Below the pieces are notes generated by a model. The model was given only the letters and a program-made list of their open reading frames with translations, had not been told where the DNA came from and ran no database searches. From assembly GCA_030390025.1 (NCBI GenBank), contig JASTWF010000036.1, positions 186,001 through 250,000 on the forward strand: a DNA stretch of 64,000 nt, in the 5' to 3' direction. Numbering within the stretch: the first letter of the stretch is position 1; each line of letters begins with the position of its first letter. This document shows, in pieces, positions 11,957 through 25,097 of the stretch. Both the position numbers and the translations under genes were made by a program. Source of the DNA: Squalus acanthias (Eukaryota).

Positions 11957-13270
11957 AGAACTCGCATTTCTCCAGCGCCTTTCACCACCTCAGGACGTCC
12001 CAAAGCTCCCGGCCAATGAAGTACTTATTTTTTTTTTTTTTAAAGTGCGGTCACTGTTGTCATGTGGGAAACGCGGCAGCCAATTATGCGCACAGCAAGC
12101 TCCCACAAACAGCGATGTGATAAATTACCAGGTAATCTGTTTCAAGTGCTCTCTCAGTACTGCCCCTCCGACAGTGCGGCGCTCCCTCAGTACTGCCCCT
12201 CCGACAGTGCGGCGCTCCCTCAGTACCGCCCCTCCGACAGTGCGGCGCTCCCTCAGTACTGCCCCTCCGACAGTGCGGCGCTCCCTCAGTACCGCCCCTC
12301 CGACAGTGCGGCGCTCCCTCAGTACTGCCCCTCCGACAGTGCGGGGCTCCCTCAGTACCGCCCCTCCGACAGTGCGGCGCTCCCTCAGTACTGCCCCTCC
12401 GACAGTGCGGCGCTCCCTCAGTACTGCCCCTCCGACAGTGCGGGACTCCATTAGTACTGCCCCTCCGACAGTGCGGCGCTCCCTCAGCACTGCCCCTCCG
12501 ACAGTGCGGCGCTCCCTCAGTACTGCCCCTCCGACAGTGCGGGGCTCCCTCAGTACCGCCCCTCCGACAGTGCGGCGCTCCCTCAGTACTGCCCCTCCGA
12601 CAGTGCGGCGCTCCCTCAGTACTGCCCCTCCGACAGTGCGGGACTCCATTAGTACTGCCCCTCCGACAGTGCGGCGCTCCCTCAGCACTGCCCCTCCGAC
12701 AGTGCGGCGCTCCCTCAGTACTGCCCCTCCGACAGTGCGGGGCTCCCTCAGTACCGCCCCTCCGACAGTGCGGCGCTCCCTCAGCACTGCCCCTCCGACA
12801 GTGCGGCGCTCCCTCAGTACCGCCCCTCCGACAGTGCGGCGCTCCCTCAGTACTGACCCTCTGACAGTGCGGCACTCCCTCAGTACTGCCCCTCCGACAG
12901 TGCGGCGCTCCCTCAGTACTGCCCCTCCGACAGTGCGGCGCTCCCTCAGTACTGCCCCTCTGACAGTGCAGCGCTCCCTCAGTACTGCCCCTCCGACAGT
13001 GCGGCGCCCCCTCAGTACTGCCCCTCCGACAGTGCGGCGCTCCCTCAGTACTGCCCCTGACAGTGCAGCGCTCCCTCAGTACTGCCCCTCCGACAGTGCA
13101 GCGCTCCCTCAGTACTGCCCCTCCGACAGTGCGGCGCTCCCTCAGCACTGCACTGGGAGTGTCGGCCTGAATTTTGTGTTAAATTCTCTGGAGTGGGGAT
13201 TGAACCCACGAACTTGCAACTCAGAGGCGAGAGCGACCGAGCGAGAGAGAGAGAGAGAGACGGCTACCCG
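11957..13270 (-). mobile_element. tRNA-headed DeuSINE-like SINE with internal 33-bp array (about 12148-13150, ~30 units)
   Basis: B-box (gggttcaatccc on minus) near 13195-13207; unit tactgagggagcgccgcactgtcggaggggcag. Confidence 0.75.
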
Positions 13271-13285
13271 GGTTTATGACGTTAC

Positions 13286-13430
13286 CTTGTCCGGATCTAA
13301 AGCGAAGTCTGTATCCAGGAGCTCCCCGGCCCCGTCGTCCGGCTCAGCCTCGTACATGTTATAAGTCGGATTTCCAATCTCCACGTTCATCGTCCCGTTC
13401 GGCATGCGCTGGTGCTGAAATCCCTTCGCT
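13286..13430 (-). CDS. LRP1: LRP1 cytoplasmic exon (AKGFQHQRM...IGNPTY...ELL...DPDK)
   Basis: ag/gt boundaries, phases 2/0, proximal NPTY and dileucine motifs. Confidence 0.97.
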
Positions 13431-14699
13431 CTGAAACGGAAACAGCAAGAAAAATGAACAAACACAGAGAAACCGGGAGGTCTAACAAAAAAATGTACAC
13501 CTGCAAAATACAGACACTTATTGCGACGCCAGAATAACTGGCTCGGTCAAAATATACAAGAGGCACTCTGAAACCACGGACACTCGTATATCCTGGCCTT
13601 CAATGCACCAGTTACCTTTTACAACTTTAAAAAACACAGGGAGACACAGCCTACATAAGACAGAGGAGCAGGAGTCGGCCATTCGGCCCCTCAAGCCTGC
13701 TCCGCCATTCAATAAGATCATGGCTGATCATCGACCTCAACTCTCCTACCCGATCTCCATATCACTCGATTCCAAAAATCTATCAATCTCAACGACTGAG
13801 CCTCCACAACCCTCTGGGGCAGAGAATTCCAAAGATTCACCACTCTCTGGGTGAAGAAATTCCTCCTCATCTCAGTCCTAAATGGTCGACCCCTTATCCT
13901 GAGACTGTGACCCCTGGTTCTAGACTCCCCAGCCAGTATTTCATCACACTCCTGACTTGTGCCTTGTAGATGGTGGATAGGCTTTGGGGAGTCAGGAGGT
14001 GAGACACTCGCCGCAGAATACCCAGCCTCTGACCTGCTCTTGTTGCCACAGTATTTATGTGGCCGATCCAGTTAAGTCTCTGGTCAATGGTGACCCCCAG
14101 GATGTTGATGATGGGGGGGATTCGGCGATGGTAATGCCGCTGAACGTCAAGTGGGAGGTGGTCAGACTCCCTCTTGTTGGAGATGGTTCTTCGCCTGGCA
14201 CTTGTGTGGCGTTAAGACACAACCAGTGATTGGGTCAAATGAATTACTGATCGGGTCCCCACAGAAACCAACGTGGTCGACCGTTTCCAGGGCGTTCAGA
14301 TGGAACAATGTGGTCTTGTGCGAGGTTGAAATCGGCAGGAGATGTACCTACTGCACAAGCCATGGGGGAGAAGTGGAACATTGATAAAACTGTCAGCTTT
14401 ACAAACACTGTTATTTGCAGCTTGAAAAAGTGGAGGCAACTTTGCATTCAGGAAGAAATGTGACCTTTCCGACCGCTGTTTTTATTTGTATTCCAATCTG
14501 CACACCCTAAGCACCGTGCGAATAATAAATCTCATGCTTCACGACTCGGGAGTTGCGTGTCTGGAATAGAAACCACTCAAACTGTAATGGGTCTGATTTT
14601 TATCGCAGTTTGGTGTCTCTCATAGTTAGGGGCTACACGGGCTGTGTAAAGTTTTGACCCGTGTAGATTGACAGCAAGATATAATCAGTGATCATTTAC

Positions 14700-15365
14700 A
14701 TGGTCAGCCGTGGCTCTCTCTCTCTCTCGCCTCAACTAGAAGTCTGTGGGTTCGAGTCTCAGAGACTTGAGCACGTAATCTTAGCTGACACTCCCCAGTG
14801 CGTTACTGAGGGAGCGCCGCACTGTGGGAGGGGCGGTACTGAGAGAGCGCCGCACTGTGGGAGGGGCGGTACTGAGGGAGCGCCGCACCGTGGGAGGGGC
14901 GGTACTGAGGGAGCGCCGCACTGTGGGAGGGGCGGTACTGAGGGAGCGCCGCACCGTGGGAGGGGCGGTACTGAGGGAGCGCCGCACCGTCGGAGGGGCC
15001 GTACTGAGGGAGCGCCGCACCGTCGGAGGGGCCGTACTGAGGGAGCGCCGCACCGTCGGAGGGGCGGTACTGAGGGAGCGCCGCACTGTCGAGGGGCGGT
15101 ACTGAGGGAGCGCCGCACTGTCGGAGGGGCTGTACTGAGGGAGCGCCGCACTGTCGGAGGGGCAGTACTGAGGGAGCGCTGCACTGTCGGAGGTGCAGTA
15201 CTGAGGGAGCGCAGCACTGTCGGAGGGGCAGTACTGAGGGAGCGCCGCACTGTCGGAGGGGCGGTACTGAGGGAGCGTTGCACTGTCGGAGGTGCCGTCT
15301 TTCGGATGAGACGTTAAACCGAGGCCCCGTCTGCTCTCTCAGGTGGACGTAAAAGATCCCATGAC
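14700..15365 (+). mobile_element. DeuSINE-like SINE with 33-bp internal array (about 14803-15300)
   Basis: B-box gggttcgagtc; core cggaggtgccgtctttcggatgagacgttaaaccgaggcccc. Confidence 0.75.
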
Positions 15366-15689
15366 GCTGAGCACTGGGAGAGGCAAAAAAATCTGGCCCG
15401 GGTTCGTTCAAATTCCAGCCATTCCTTTCTGCAGTCTGAGAACGCTGTAACCCACTGCTCTATAGCAGAGAACTCCATCTCCAGAGATCCTGAGTTGCTG
15501 CTTTGTGGTGCTCACTATCACAGAAGTTGTCAGACACACCCTCCGACTGCGAACCTGCAGATTGGGGGCGGGGGGCAGAGAAAGTCAGCTGTGCCGCCGC
15601 GAGTCAGGGGTAAGGAGGAGGAATCCGCCGCAGTGTGGGAGTCACGTGAGGTCAACCTTCAAGCCGCCTTCTTTTTAATTCATTCACAG

Positions 15690-16240
15690 AGCTGGCAAGA
15701 CCAGCATTTATTGCCCATCCCCTAATTGCCCTGGAGAAGGTCAGTGGTGGCGAGCCGCCTTCTTGAAGTGCAAGTGCTGTTAGGGAGGGAGTTCCAGGAT
15801 TTTGACCCAGCGACGATGAAGGAACGGCCGATATATTTCCAAGTCAGGATTGAGAGAGAGACTCGGAGGGGAACTTGGAGGTGGTGGTGTTCCCATGCGC
15901 CTGCTGCCCTTGTCCTTCTAGGCGGTAGAAGTCGCGGGTTTGGGAGGTGCTGCCGAAGAAGCCTTGGCGAGTTGCTGCAGTGCATCTTGTCGATGGTACA
16001 CACTGCAGACACGGTGCGCCGGTGGTGGAGGGAGTGAATGTTTAAGGTGGTGGATGGGGTGCCGATCAAGCGGGCTGCTTTGTCCTGGATGGTGTCGAGC
16101 TTCTTGAGTGTTGTTGGAGCTGCACTCATCCAGGCAAGTGGAGAGTGTTCCATCACACTCCTTGACTTGTGCTTTGTAGATGGTGGAGAGGCTTTGGGGA
16201 GTCAGGAGGCGAGACACTCGCTGCAGAATACCCAGCCTCT
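15690..16240 (-). mobile_element. Divergent CR1-clade LINE fragment (related pieces at about 13937-14210, 20570-21450, 56171-56490)
   Basis: MEHSPLAWMSAAPTTLKKLDTIQDKAARLI...WNSLP. Confidence 0.75.
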
Positions 16241-16439
16241 TACCACCTCCATTCACTGGCCATAAAAACGACACTTGGAAATACGAGGAACCTCAGGCAA
16301 AGGCACATAATTATGGCGTGGCATTTTGTTAGATCACTAAAACCGGCACCTAGGCAACCGCCCCATTAATGTTCCTCTGTACACAGATACCCTCCACGGA
16401 TACATCAAAGATGTTTGTGTTTCTGCATTTAATAAGGCC

Positions 16440-17350
16440 ATTAAAAAATGCAAATCACGCACTGGGGATCATTTCTAGAGGGATAGAATTTAAAAGCAGA
16501 GAGCTTTTGCTAAACTTGTATCGTACCTTGGTTAGACCACACTTGGGACACTGTGCACAGTTCTGGTCTCCATATACCTTGGTTAGACCACACTGGGAGC
16601 ACTGTGCACAGTTTTCGTCTCCATATACCTTGGTTAGACCACACTTGGAGCACTGTGCACAGTTCTGGTCTCCATATACCTTGGTTAGACCACACTTGGA
16701 GCACTGTGCACAGTTCTGGTCTCCATATACCTTGGTTAGACCACACTTGGAGCACTGTGCACAGTTCTGGTCTCCATATACCTTGGTTAGACCACACTTG
16801 GAGCACCGCGCACAGTTCTGGTCTCCGTATTACACAAAAAGAGGATATAGAGGCACTGGAGAAGGTGTATAAAGAAAGAATTACCAGGATGATACCAGAA
16901 CTGATATGGTCACAACTATCAGGAAAGACTGAACAGGTTGTGGGCTCTTTTCTCTGAGGGGGTGACCTGACAAAGGTCTTCCAAAAATTATGATCGGGGT
17001 TTCGATAGGGTAGACGTAAAGATGTTGTTTCCACTTGCGGGGGAGACCAGAACTCGGGGGGCCATCAATATCAGATAGTCGCTAATAAATCCAATGGAGA
17101 ATTCAGGAGAAACTTCTTTACCCAGAGAGTGGTGAGAATGTGGATCTCGCTACCACAGGGAGTGGTTGAGGTGAAGAGCACAGATGCATTTAAGGGGGAA
17201 GCTGGATAAACACATGAGGGAGAAAGGAAGAGAGGGATATGGTGATAGGGTGAGATGAGATGAAGTAGGGGTGGGAGGAGGCTCGTGTGGAGCATAAACA
17301 CCGGCACGGACATGTTGGGCCGAATGGCCTGTTTCTGTGCGGAGATTCGA
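16440..17350 (+). mobile_element. CR1 3' fragment with in-situ 51-bp array (16524-16829)
   Basis: GIISRGIEFKSRE...(LVRPHLEHCAQFWSPYT)x6, then CR1 tail. Confidence 0.85.
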
Positions 17351-17370
17351 TGTAATTCATTAACACTTAC

Positions 17371-17464
17371 CCACGCGTTCTTCTTTTAAACCAAAATATG
17401 CCACCAATAGCCAGGAGGATTAGAAGGATGAGGATAATAATTGGTGCGATTATCGATGCGGTTT
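17371..17464 (-). CDS. LRP1: LRP1 transmembrane exon (TASIIAPIIILILLILLAIGGIFWFKRRTRG)
   Basis: ccag|...|gtaagt; hydrophobic helix followed by basic stop-transfer residues; phases fit both neighbours. Confidence 0.95.
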
Positions 17465-17550
17465 CTGGAATTGGAGAGAGATAAATTGCGGAAAAAAATT
17501 TTAATAAGTTCGGGAGACACACTCAATCAACAATATTAATAATCATACAA

Positions 17551-17845
17551 TCACAGAAAAGAATCTGCCACATTTGACCCCACCTCATTGTCTTTGATGT
17601 AATGTTTTCCTGACTGACCTGTTTGGACACCATCCACACCTTTGATTGCCGTGATTATCTCTCTGCCGAGGTGTGATAAAGGGCAGTCAGAAAGATCAAC
17701 TGTAGTCACCTGGCAGTGTTCTCTGACTATAGATGCTGTGCCTATATGCATCTCTTCACTTCACCTGACGAAGGAGCAGCGCTCCGAAAGCTTGCGGTTG
17801 CAAATAAAGCTGTTGGACTATAACCTGGTGTTGTGCGACTTCTCA
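17551..17845 (+). mobile_element. PLE family-2 pLTR fragment with degenerate hammerhead (17761-17797)
   Basis: CTGACGA-a-ggagc(agc)gctcc-GAAA-GC-TT; near-identical to about 53210-53495. Confidence 0.7.
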
Positions 17846-18866
17846 TAGAAAAGAACAGCACAGAAGGAGGCCATTCGGCTCATCGAGTCAGACCCAGTTA
17901 GTCCCACTCCTCCCCCCTGCTCTTTCCCCATATCCCTGCAATTTTTTCACCTTCAAGTATTTATCCAATTCTCTTTTGAATGCTACTATTGAATCTGTAT
18001 CCACCGTGTTCAGGCAGCGTGTTACAGAGAATCATAGAAGATAGGAGCAGGAGCAGGCCATTCGGCCCCTCGAGCCTGTTCCGCCATTTAATGCGATCAT
18101 GGCTGATCATCCAAATTCAGTACCCGGTCCCTGCTTTCTCCCCATATCCCTTGGTCCCTTTAGCTTTAAGAAATATATCCAACTCCTTGAATCTATTTAA
18201 TGAATTGGCCTCTACCACCTTCTGTGGTAGAGAATTCCACAGGTTCATCACTCTCTGGGTGAAGAAATTCCTCCTCATCTCAGTCGTAAATGGCTTACCC
18301 CTTATCCTTAGACTGTGACCCCTGGTTCTGGACTCCCCGACCATCGGGAACATCCTTCCTGCATCTAGTTTGTCCTGTCCTGTCAGAATTTTATAAGTTT
18401 CAATGAGATCCCCTCTCATTCTTCTAAACTCCAGCGAGTATAAGCCCAATCGACCCAACCTCTCTTCATACGTCATCCTGCCATCCCGGGTATCAGCCTT
18501 GTGAATCTTCGCTGCACTCCCTCCATGGCAAGAACATCCTTCCTCAGATAAGGCGACCAAAACTGCACACAGTACTCAAGGTGTGGTCTCACCAAGGCCC
18601 TGTACAACTGCAGCAAGACAACCCTGCTCCTGTACTCGAATCCTCTCGCTAACCACTCGCTGCGTAAAAAAGTTTTTCCTCCTGTCTCCTCTGGTTCGTT
18701 TGTCAATCGCCTTAAATCTGTGTCCTCTGGTTACCGACCCTCCAGCCACTGGAAACAGTTTCTCTTTAATTTACTCTGCCTAAACCCCTCATGATTCTGA
18801 ACACCTCTATCAAATCTCCTCTCAACCGTCTCTGCCCCAAGGAGAACAACCCCAGCTTCTCCAGTC
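17846..18866 (-). mobile_element. Nested CR1 3' fragments
   Basis: [19 protein letters not shown]...KGYGEKAGTGY inserted into an older CR1 tail. Confidence 0.85.
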
Positions 18867-18869
18867 TAA

Positions 18870-19625
18870 GAACCTAAGAATTCGGAACAGTAGGAAGTCA
18901 TTCAGCCCCCCTCGAGCCTGTTACATTAGGAACAGTAGGAAGTCATTCAGCCCCCCTCGAGCCTGTTACATTAGGAACAGGAGGAAGTCATTCAGCCCCC
19001 CTCGAGCCTGTTACATTAGGAACAGGAGGAGGCCATTCAGCCCCCTCGAGCCTGTTACATTAGGAACAGGAGGAGGCCATTCAGCCCCCTCGAGCCTGTT
19101 ACATTAGGAACAGGGGGAGGCCATTCAGCCCCACTCGAGCCTGTTACATTAGGAACAGGGGGAGGCCATTCAGCCCCTCGAGCCTGTTACATTAGGAACA
19201 GGAGGAGGCCATTCAGCCCCCTCGAGCCTGTTACATTAGGAACAGGAGGAGGCCATTCAGCCCCCTCGAGCCTGTTACATTAGGAACAGGAGGAGGCCAT
19301 TCAGCCCCCTCGAGCCTGTTACATTAGGAACAGGGGGAGGCCATTCAGCCCCCCTCGAGCCTGTTACATTAGGAACAGTAGGAAGCCATTCAGCCCCCTC
19401 GAGCCTGTTACATTAGGAACAGGAGGAGGCCATTCAGCCCCCTCGAGCCTGTTACATTAGGAACAGGGGGAGGCCATTCAGCCCCCTCGAGCCTGTTACA
19501 TTAGGAACAGGAGGAGGCCATTCAGCCCCCTCGAGCCGGTTACACTAGGAACAGGAGGAGGCCATTCAGCCCCTCGAGCCTGTTACATTAGGAACAGGAG
19601 GAGGCCATTCGGCCCCTCGAGCCTG
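18870..19625. repeat. 43-45-bp minisatellite from CR1 3'UTR
   Basis: Unit ttaggaacaggaggaggccattcagccccctcgagcctgttaca; the last unit continues into the CR1 tail (cctgctccgccattcaataag). Confidence 0.9.
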
Positions 19626-21476
19626 CTCCGCCATTCAATAAGATCATGACTGATCTTTGACCTCAACTCCACTTTCCTGCCCGATCCCCATATCCCATAA
19701 GAACACGTAACTGTAATCCCTCATCACTGGAACCATTCTAAGTAAATCTACTCTGTACCCTCTCCAAAGCCTTCACATGCTTCCTGAAGTATTACCCTTA
19801 ATTCACTTACTCGATAAAAATCTATCGATCTCAGTTTTGAAAGCTCCAATTGACCCCCAGCCTCGACAGCTTTTTGGGGCGGGGGGGAAGAGAGTTCCAG
19901 ATTTCCACCACCCTTTGTGTGAAGAAGTGCTTCCTGACATCACCCCTGAACGGCCTGGCTCTAATTTTAAGGTTCTGTCCCCTTGTTCTGGACTCCCCCC
20001 ACCAGAGGAAATCGTTTCTCTCTCTATCGACCCCATCGAATCCTTTAATCATCTTAAACACCTCGATTAGATCAACCCCTTAATCTTCTACACTCGAGGG
20101 AACACAAGCCTCGTCTGTGCAACCTGTCCTCGTAATTTAACCCCTTTTAGCCCCCCCGGGGTAACATTCTGGTGAATCTGCGCTGCTCCCCCTCCAAGGC
20201 CAATATATCCTTCCTGAGGTGCGGGGCCCGGAACTGAACACAGTCGCTCCAGACAGGTTCTGACCAGAGGTTTATATAAACCGAAGCATCACTTCCAACC
20301 CCATTGTTCTCCAGCCCCCTCGAGATAAAGGACAACATTCCATTAGCCTTTTTTTGATGACCCTTTCTGTCCCTGGAAGCCCCTCAAGCTCTCTGCTCCT
20401 CCACAATTCCTAGCATCTCATCATTTAGAAAGTACTCTGATTTAGCTTTCTTTGATCTAATGTCCTCACACTGAACTCCACCCCACCACAGTCCTGCTCA
20501 GCTGCAACCAGCTCACAAAAATCTACCCCATCTGTTAGCGCCACGATCAGACTGTGATCGCAAGTGACCCACCTCCCCGGACTGACTCCCCAAAGCCTTT
20601 CCGCCATCTACAAGGCACAAGTCGAGGAGTGCGATGGAATGCTCTCCGCTTGCCCGGATGAGTTGCAGCTCCGACAACACTCGAGAAGCTCGACACCATC
20701 CAGGACAAAAGCAGCCCCGCTTGATCGGCACCCCACATCCACCACCTTAAACATTCACTCCCTCCACCACCAGCGCACCGTGGCTGCAGTGTGCACCATC
20801 TACAAGATGTACATGCAGCAACTCGTCAAGGCTTCTTCGGCAGCGCATCCCAAACCCGCGACCTCTTCCACCTAGAAGGACAAGGGCAGCAGGCGCACGG
20901 GAACACCGCCACCTCCAAGTTCCCCTCCGAGTCCCACACACACATAAGAAATAGGAGCAGGAGTAGGCCAATTGGCCCCTCGAGCCTGCTCCGCCATTCA
21001 ATAAGATCATGGCTGATCTGATCCTAACCGCCAATCTACTATCACAGAACCATCTCCTGAACCTAACAGAATTGGACACACGAAGTAGGAGCAGGATCAG
21101 GCTACACGGCCCCTGGGCCCGCTACGCTACCCACAGGGCCATGACCGATCCGAACCTAGACTCATGTCCAAATTCCTGCCCGCTCCCCGTAACCCTTAAT
21201 TCCCTTTACTTCTAGGAAACTGTCTATTTCTGTTTTAAATTTATGTAATCCCGACTTGGAAATATATCGGCCGTTCCTTCATCGTCGCTGGGTCAAAATC
21301 CTGGAACTCCCTCCCCGACAGCGCTGCGGGAGCACCTTCACCCCACGGGACTGCAGCGGTTCAAGAAGGCGGCTCACCACCCCCCCTTCTCAAGGGCAAC
21401 TCGGGATGGACAATTGCCAGCGACGCCCACATCCCGTGAATGAATAAATTCAGAAAACGGAGAAAGCAATACATAC

Positions 21477-21541
21477 TTCCGCCCATTGCAGCCTGCGATG
21501 CCAACAGGTTGCACTGTGGTCCTGTCCAACCAGCAACACAT
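21477..21541 (-). CDS. LRP1: LRP1 exon (CVAGWTGPQCNLLASQAAMGG)
   Basis: ccccag|...|gtatgt; phases 2/1; end of last EGF repeat. Confidence 0.88.
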
Positions 21542-21885
21542 CTGGGGAAAAAAGAACGAACTGGAATTTAATCAGGAACTTTCACCACCTCAGGACGTCC
21601 CAAAGCACTTTACAGCCGATTAATTACTTTTTGAAGCGCAGTCACTGTTGTAATGTAGGAAACGCGGCAGCCAATTTGCGCACAGCAAGCTCCCACAAAC
21701 AGCAACGTGATCATGACCAGGTCATCTGTTTTATTGAGGTTGATTAAGGGATAATAATTGGCCCCAGGACACCGGGGAGAACTCCCCCTGCTCTTCCGCA
21801 CAATAGTGGCCATGGGATCTTTTACCTCCACCCGAGAGGGCAGATGAAGCCTCGGTTAAACGTCTCATCTGAAAGACGGCACCAG

Positions 21886-22871
21886 GAGCCTGTTACATTA
21901 GGAACAGGAGGAGGCCGTTCAGCCCCTCGAGCCTGTTACATTAGGAACAGGAGGCGGCCATTCAGCCCCTCGAGCCTGTTACATTAGGAACAGGAGGAGG
22001 CCGTTCAGCCCCTCGAGCCTGTTACATTAGGAACAGGAGGAGGCCGTTCAGCCCCCTCGAGCCTGTTACATTAGAAACAGGAGACGACCATTCAGCCCCC
22101 CTCGAGAGCCTGTTACATTAGAAACAGGAGGAGGCCACTCAGCCCCCCTCGAGTCTGTTATATTAGGAACAGGAGGAGGCCACTCAGCCCCCCTCGAGCC
22201 TGTTACATTAGGAACAGGAGGAGGCCATTCAGCCCCCCTCGAGTCTGTTACATTAGGAACAGGAGGAGGCCGTTCAGCCCCCCTCGAGCCTGTTACATTA
22301 GGAACAGGAGGAGGCCGTTCAGCCCCCCTCGAGCCTGTTACATTAGGAACAGGAGGAGGCCGTTCAGCCCCACCTCGAGTCTGTTACATTAGAAACAGGA
22401 GACGACCATTCAGCCGCTCGAGCCTGTTACATTAACAGGAGGAGGCCATTCAGCCCCTCGAGCCTGTTACATTAAGAACAGGAGGAGTCCATTCAGCCCC
22501 CTTGAGCCTGTTACATTAGGAACAGGAGGAGGCCATTCAGCCCCCCTCGAGCCTGTTACATTAGGAACAAGAGGAGGCCGTTCAGCCCCCCTCGAGCCTG
22601 TTACATTAGGAACAGAGGAGGCCATTCAGCCCCCTTGAGCCTGTTACATTAGGAACAGGAGGAGGCCGTTCAGCCCCCCTCGAGCCTGTTACATTAGGAA
22701 CAAGAGGAGTCCATTCAGCCCCCTTGAGCCTGTTACATTAGGAACAGGAGGAGGCCGTTCAGCCCCCCTCGAGCCTGTTACATTAGGAACAGGAGGAGGT
22801 CATTCAGCCCCACTCGAGCCTGTTACATTAGGAACAGAGGAGGCCATTCAGCCCCCCTCGAGCCTGTTACA
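21886..22871. repeat. 43-45-bp minisatellite from CR1 3'UTR
   Basis: Same unit as 18870-19625, ~22 copies. Confidence 0.9.
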
Positions 22872-22907
22872 CACAGCAAACGCATTAAGTTCCGAAATTA
22901 TGCTCAC

Positions 22908-23012
22908 CTGCACTCCGGTAACTCTGTCCTCTCATTTATCTCACAGACCGCATTATTCTGGCAGTAATCGGCACAGGTCAGGCAGCTCGGCCCGATTTTG
23001 CCATCGGTACAA
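22908..23012 (-). CDS. LRP1: LRP1 EGF exon (CTDGKIGPSCLTCADYCQNNAVCEINERTELPEC)
   Basis: cacag|...|gtgagc; matches LRP1 CTDGRVAPSCLTC; phases 2/2. Confidence 0.94.
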
Positions 23013-23109
23013 CTGTGGATACAAGGTGGGGGATATAAAGAAAAACCAAGTTACTTTCTTGCTGGTGATGCGAAGCTGGGTGGGAAAGTAAGCTGTTGAG
23101 GAGGCTGCA

Positions 23110-24900
23110 ACAGGAAGACAGATTATCTGAACGGCAATAGATTGGGAGAAGGGGAAGTGCAACGAGACCTGGGTGTCCTTGTGCACCAGTCGCTGAAGGT
23201 AAGCATGCAGGTGCAGCAGGCAGTTAAGAAGGCAAATGGTATGTTGGCCTTCATAGCCAGAGGATTCGAGTACAGGAGCAAGGATGTCTTGCTGCAGTTG
23301 TACAGGGCCTTGGTGAGACCACACCTTGAGTATTGTGTGCAGTTTTGGTCGCCTTATCTGAGGAAGGATGTTCTTGCCATGGAGGGAGTGCAGCGAAGAT
23401 TCACCAGACTGATACCTGGGATGGCAGGACTGACGTATGAGGAGAGATTGGGTTGATTAGGCTTATATTTGCTAGAGTTTAGAAGAATGAGAGGGGATCT
23501 CATTGAAACTTATAAAATTCTAACAGGACTAGTCAGATTAGATGCAGGAAGGATGTTCCCGATGGCCGGGGAGTCCAGAACCAGGGGTCACAGTCTAAGG
23601 ATAAGGGGTAAGCTATTTAGGACTGAGATGAGGAGGAATTTGTTCACCCAGAGAGTGGGAGTTGAGGCCAATTCATTAAATATATTCAAGAAGGAGTTAG
23701 ATATATTTCTTAAGGCTAAAGGGATCAAGGGATATGGGGAGAAGGCAGGTACAGGATACTGAGTTTGGATGATCAGCCATGATCTCATTGAATGGCGGAA
23801 CAGGCTCGAGGGGCCGAATGGCCCACTCCTGCTCCTATCTTCTATGTTTCTATGTCTATGCAAAGGGATGTGGACAGATTAAGTGAATGGGCAAAGAAGG
23901 TGGCAGATGGAATACAACGCGGGGAAATGTGAAGTTATCCACTTTGGTAGGAATAATAGAAAAGTAGAGTATTTTTTATTTTTAAAAAGGTGAGAGATTG
24001 GGAAATGTTGGTATTCTCAGAGGGACCTGGGTGTCCTTGTACACAAATCAAAGAGAGTTAAGCATGCAGGTACAGCAAGCAATTAGCAAGGCAAATGGTC
24101 TGTTGGCCTTTATTGCAAAAGGGGTTGGAGTAGAAGAGTAAGGAAGTCTTGCTACAATTGCACAGGGCCTTGGTGAGACCACACCTGGAGTACTGTGCAC
24201 AGTTTTGGTCTCTTTACCTAAGGAAGGCTATAATTGCCTTCGAGGGAGTGCAACAAAGGTTCACCAGGCTGGTTCCTGGGATGGCAGTTTTGGTCGCCTT
24301 ATCTGAGGAAGGATGTTCTTGCCATGGAGGGAGTGCAGCGAAGATTCACCAGGCTGATCCCTGGGATGGCAGGAATGACGTACGAGGAGAGATTGGGTCG
24401 ATTGGGCTTATACTCGCTGGAGTTTAGAAGAATGAGAGGGGATCTCATTGAAACTTATAAAATTGTAACAGGACTAGACAGACTAGATGCAGGAAGGATG
24501 TTCCCGATGGCAGGGGAGTCCAGAACCAGGGGTCACAGTCTAAGGATAAGGGGTAATCCATTTAGGACTGAGATGAGGAGGAATTTCTTCACCCAGAGAG
24601 TGGTGAACCTGTGGAATTCTCTACCACAGAAGGCAGTAGAGGCCAATTCATTAAATATATTCAAGAAGTAGTTAGATATATTTCTTAAAGCTAAAGGGAT
24701 AAAGGGATATGGGGAGAAGGCAGGGACAGGGCACTGAATTTGGATGATCAGCCATGATCTCATTGAATGGCGGAGCAGGCTCGAGGGGCTGAATGGCCTA
24801 CTCCTGCTCCTATCTTCTATGTTTCTATGGGGCGGGGGGAGGAGATTGTCCTATGAGGAGAGATTGTGGAGAGTCGGCCTATACTCCCTAGAGTTCAGAG
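23110..24900 (+). mobile_element. Stack of CR1 3' fragments
   Basis: Repeated QQAVKKANGML / LVRPHLEY / KGYGEKAG segments with tctatgtttctatg tails. Confidence 0.88.
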
Positions 24901-25097
24901 GAAATAGAGGATAGACAGACATCGGAGAAGGTGCAGAGAGAGGGGCAAGCGCAAGGGTAATGGGTAAGAACCAATGATAAAAGACGAGGCGCTCTCCCGA
25001 CATTCTGATACTGTCTCAGAAATCTATCTGCAAACAAAGCACTGGGGTTTATTTCTGGAGGATTATAATTGAAAAGCAGAGGTGGTGTGTTATAGAA

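Noticed and set aside
11874..13364. Mucin-like STAPPTVRRSL ORFs (also 14688-15411, 31977-32681, 61435-62118)
   Set aside because: The 33-bp SINE array is open in several frames; there is no coding evidence.
11750..13430. LRP1B or LRP2 assignment
   Set aside because: The tail [14 protein letters not shown]...GDPLA is LRP1-type.
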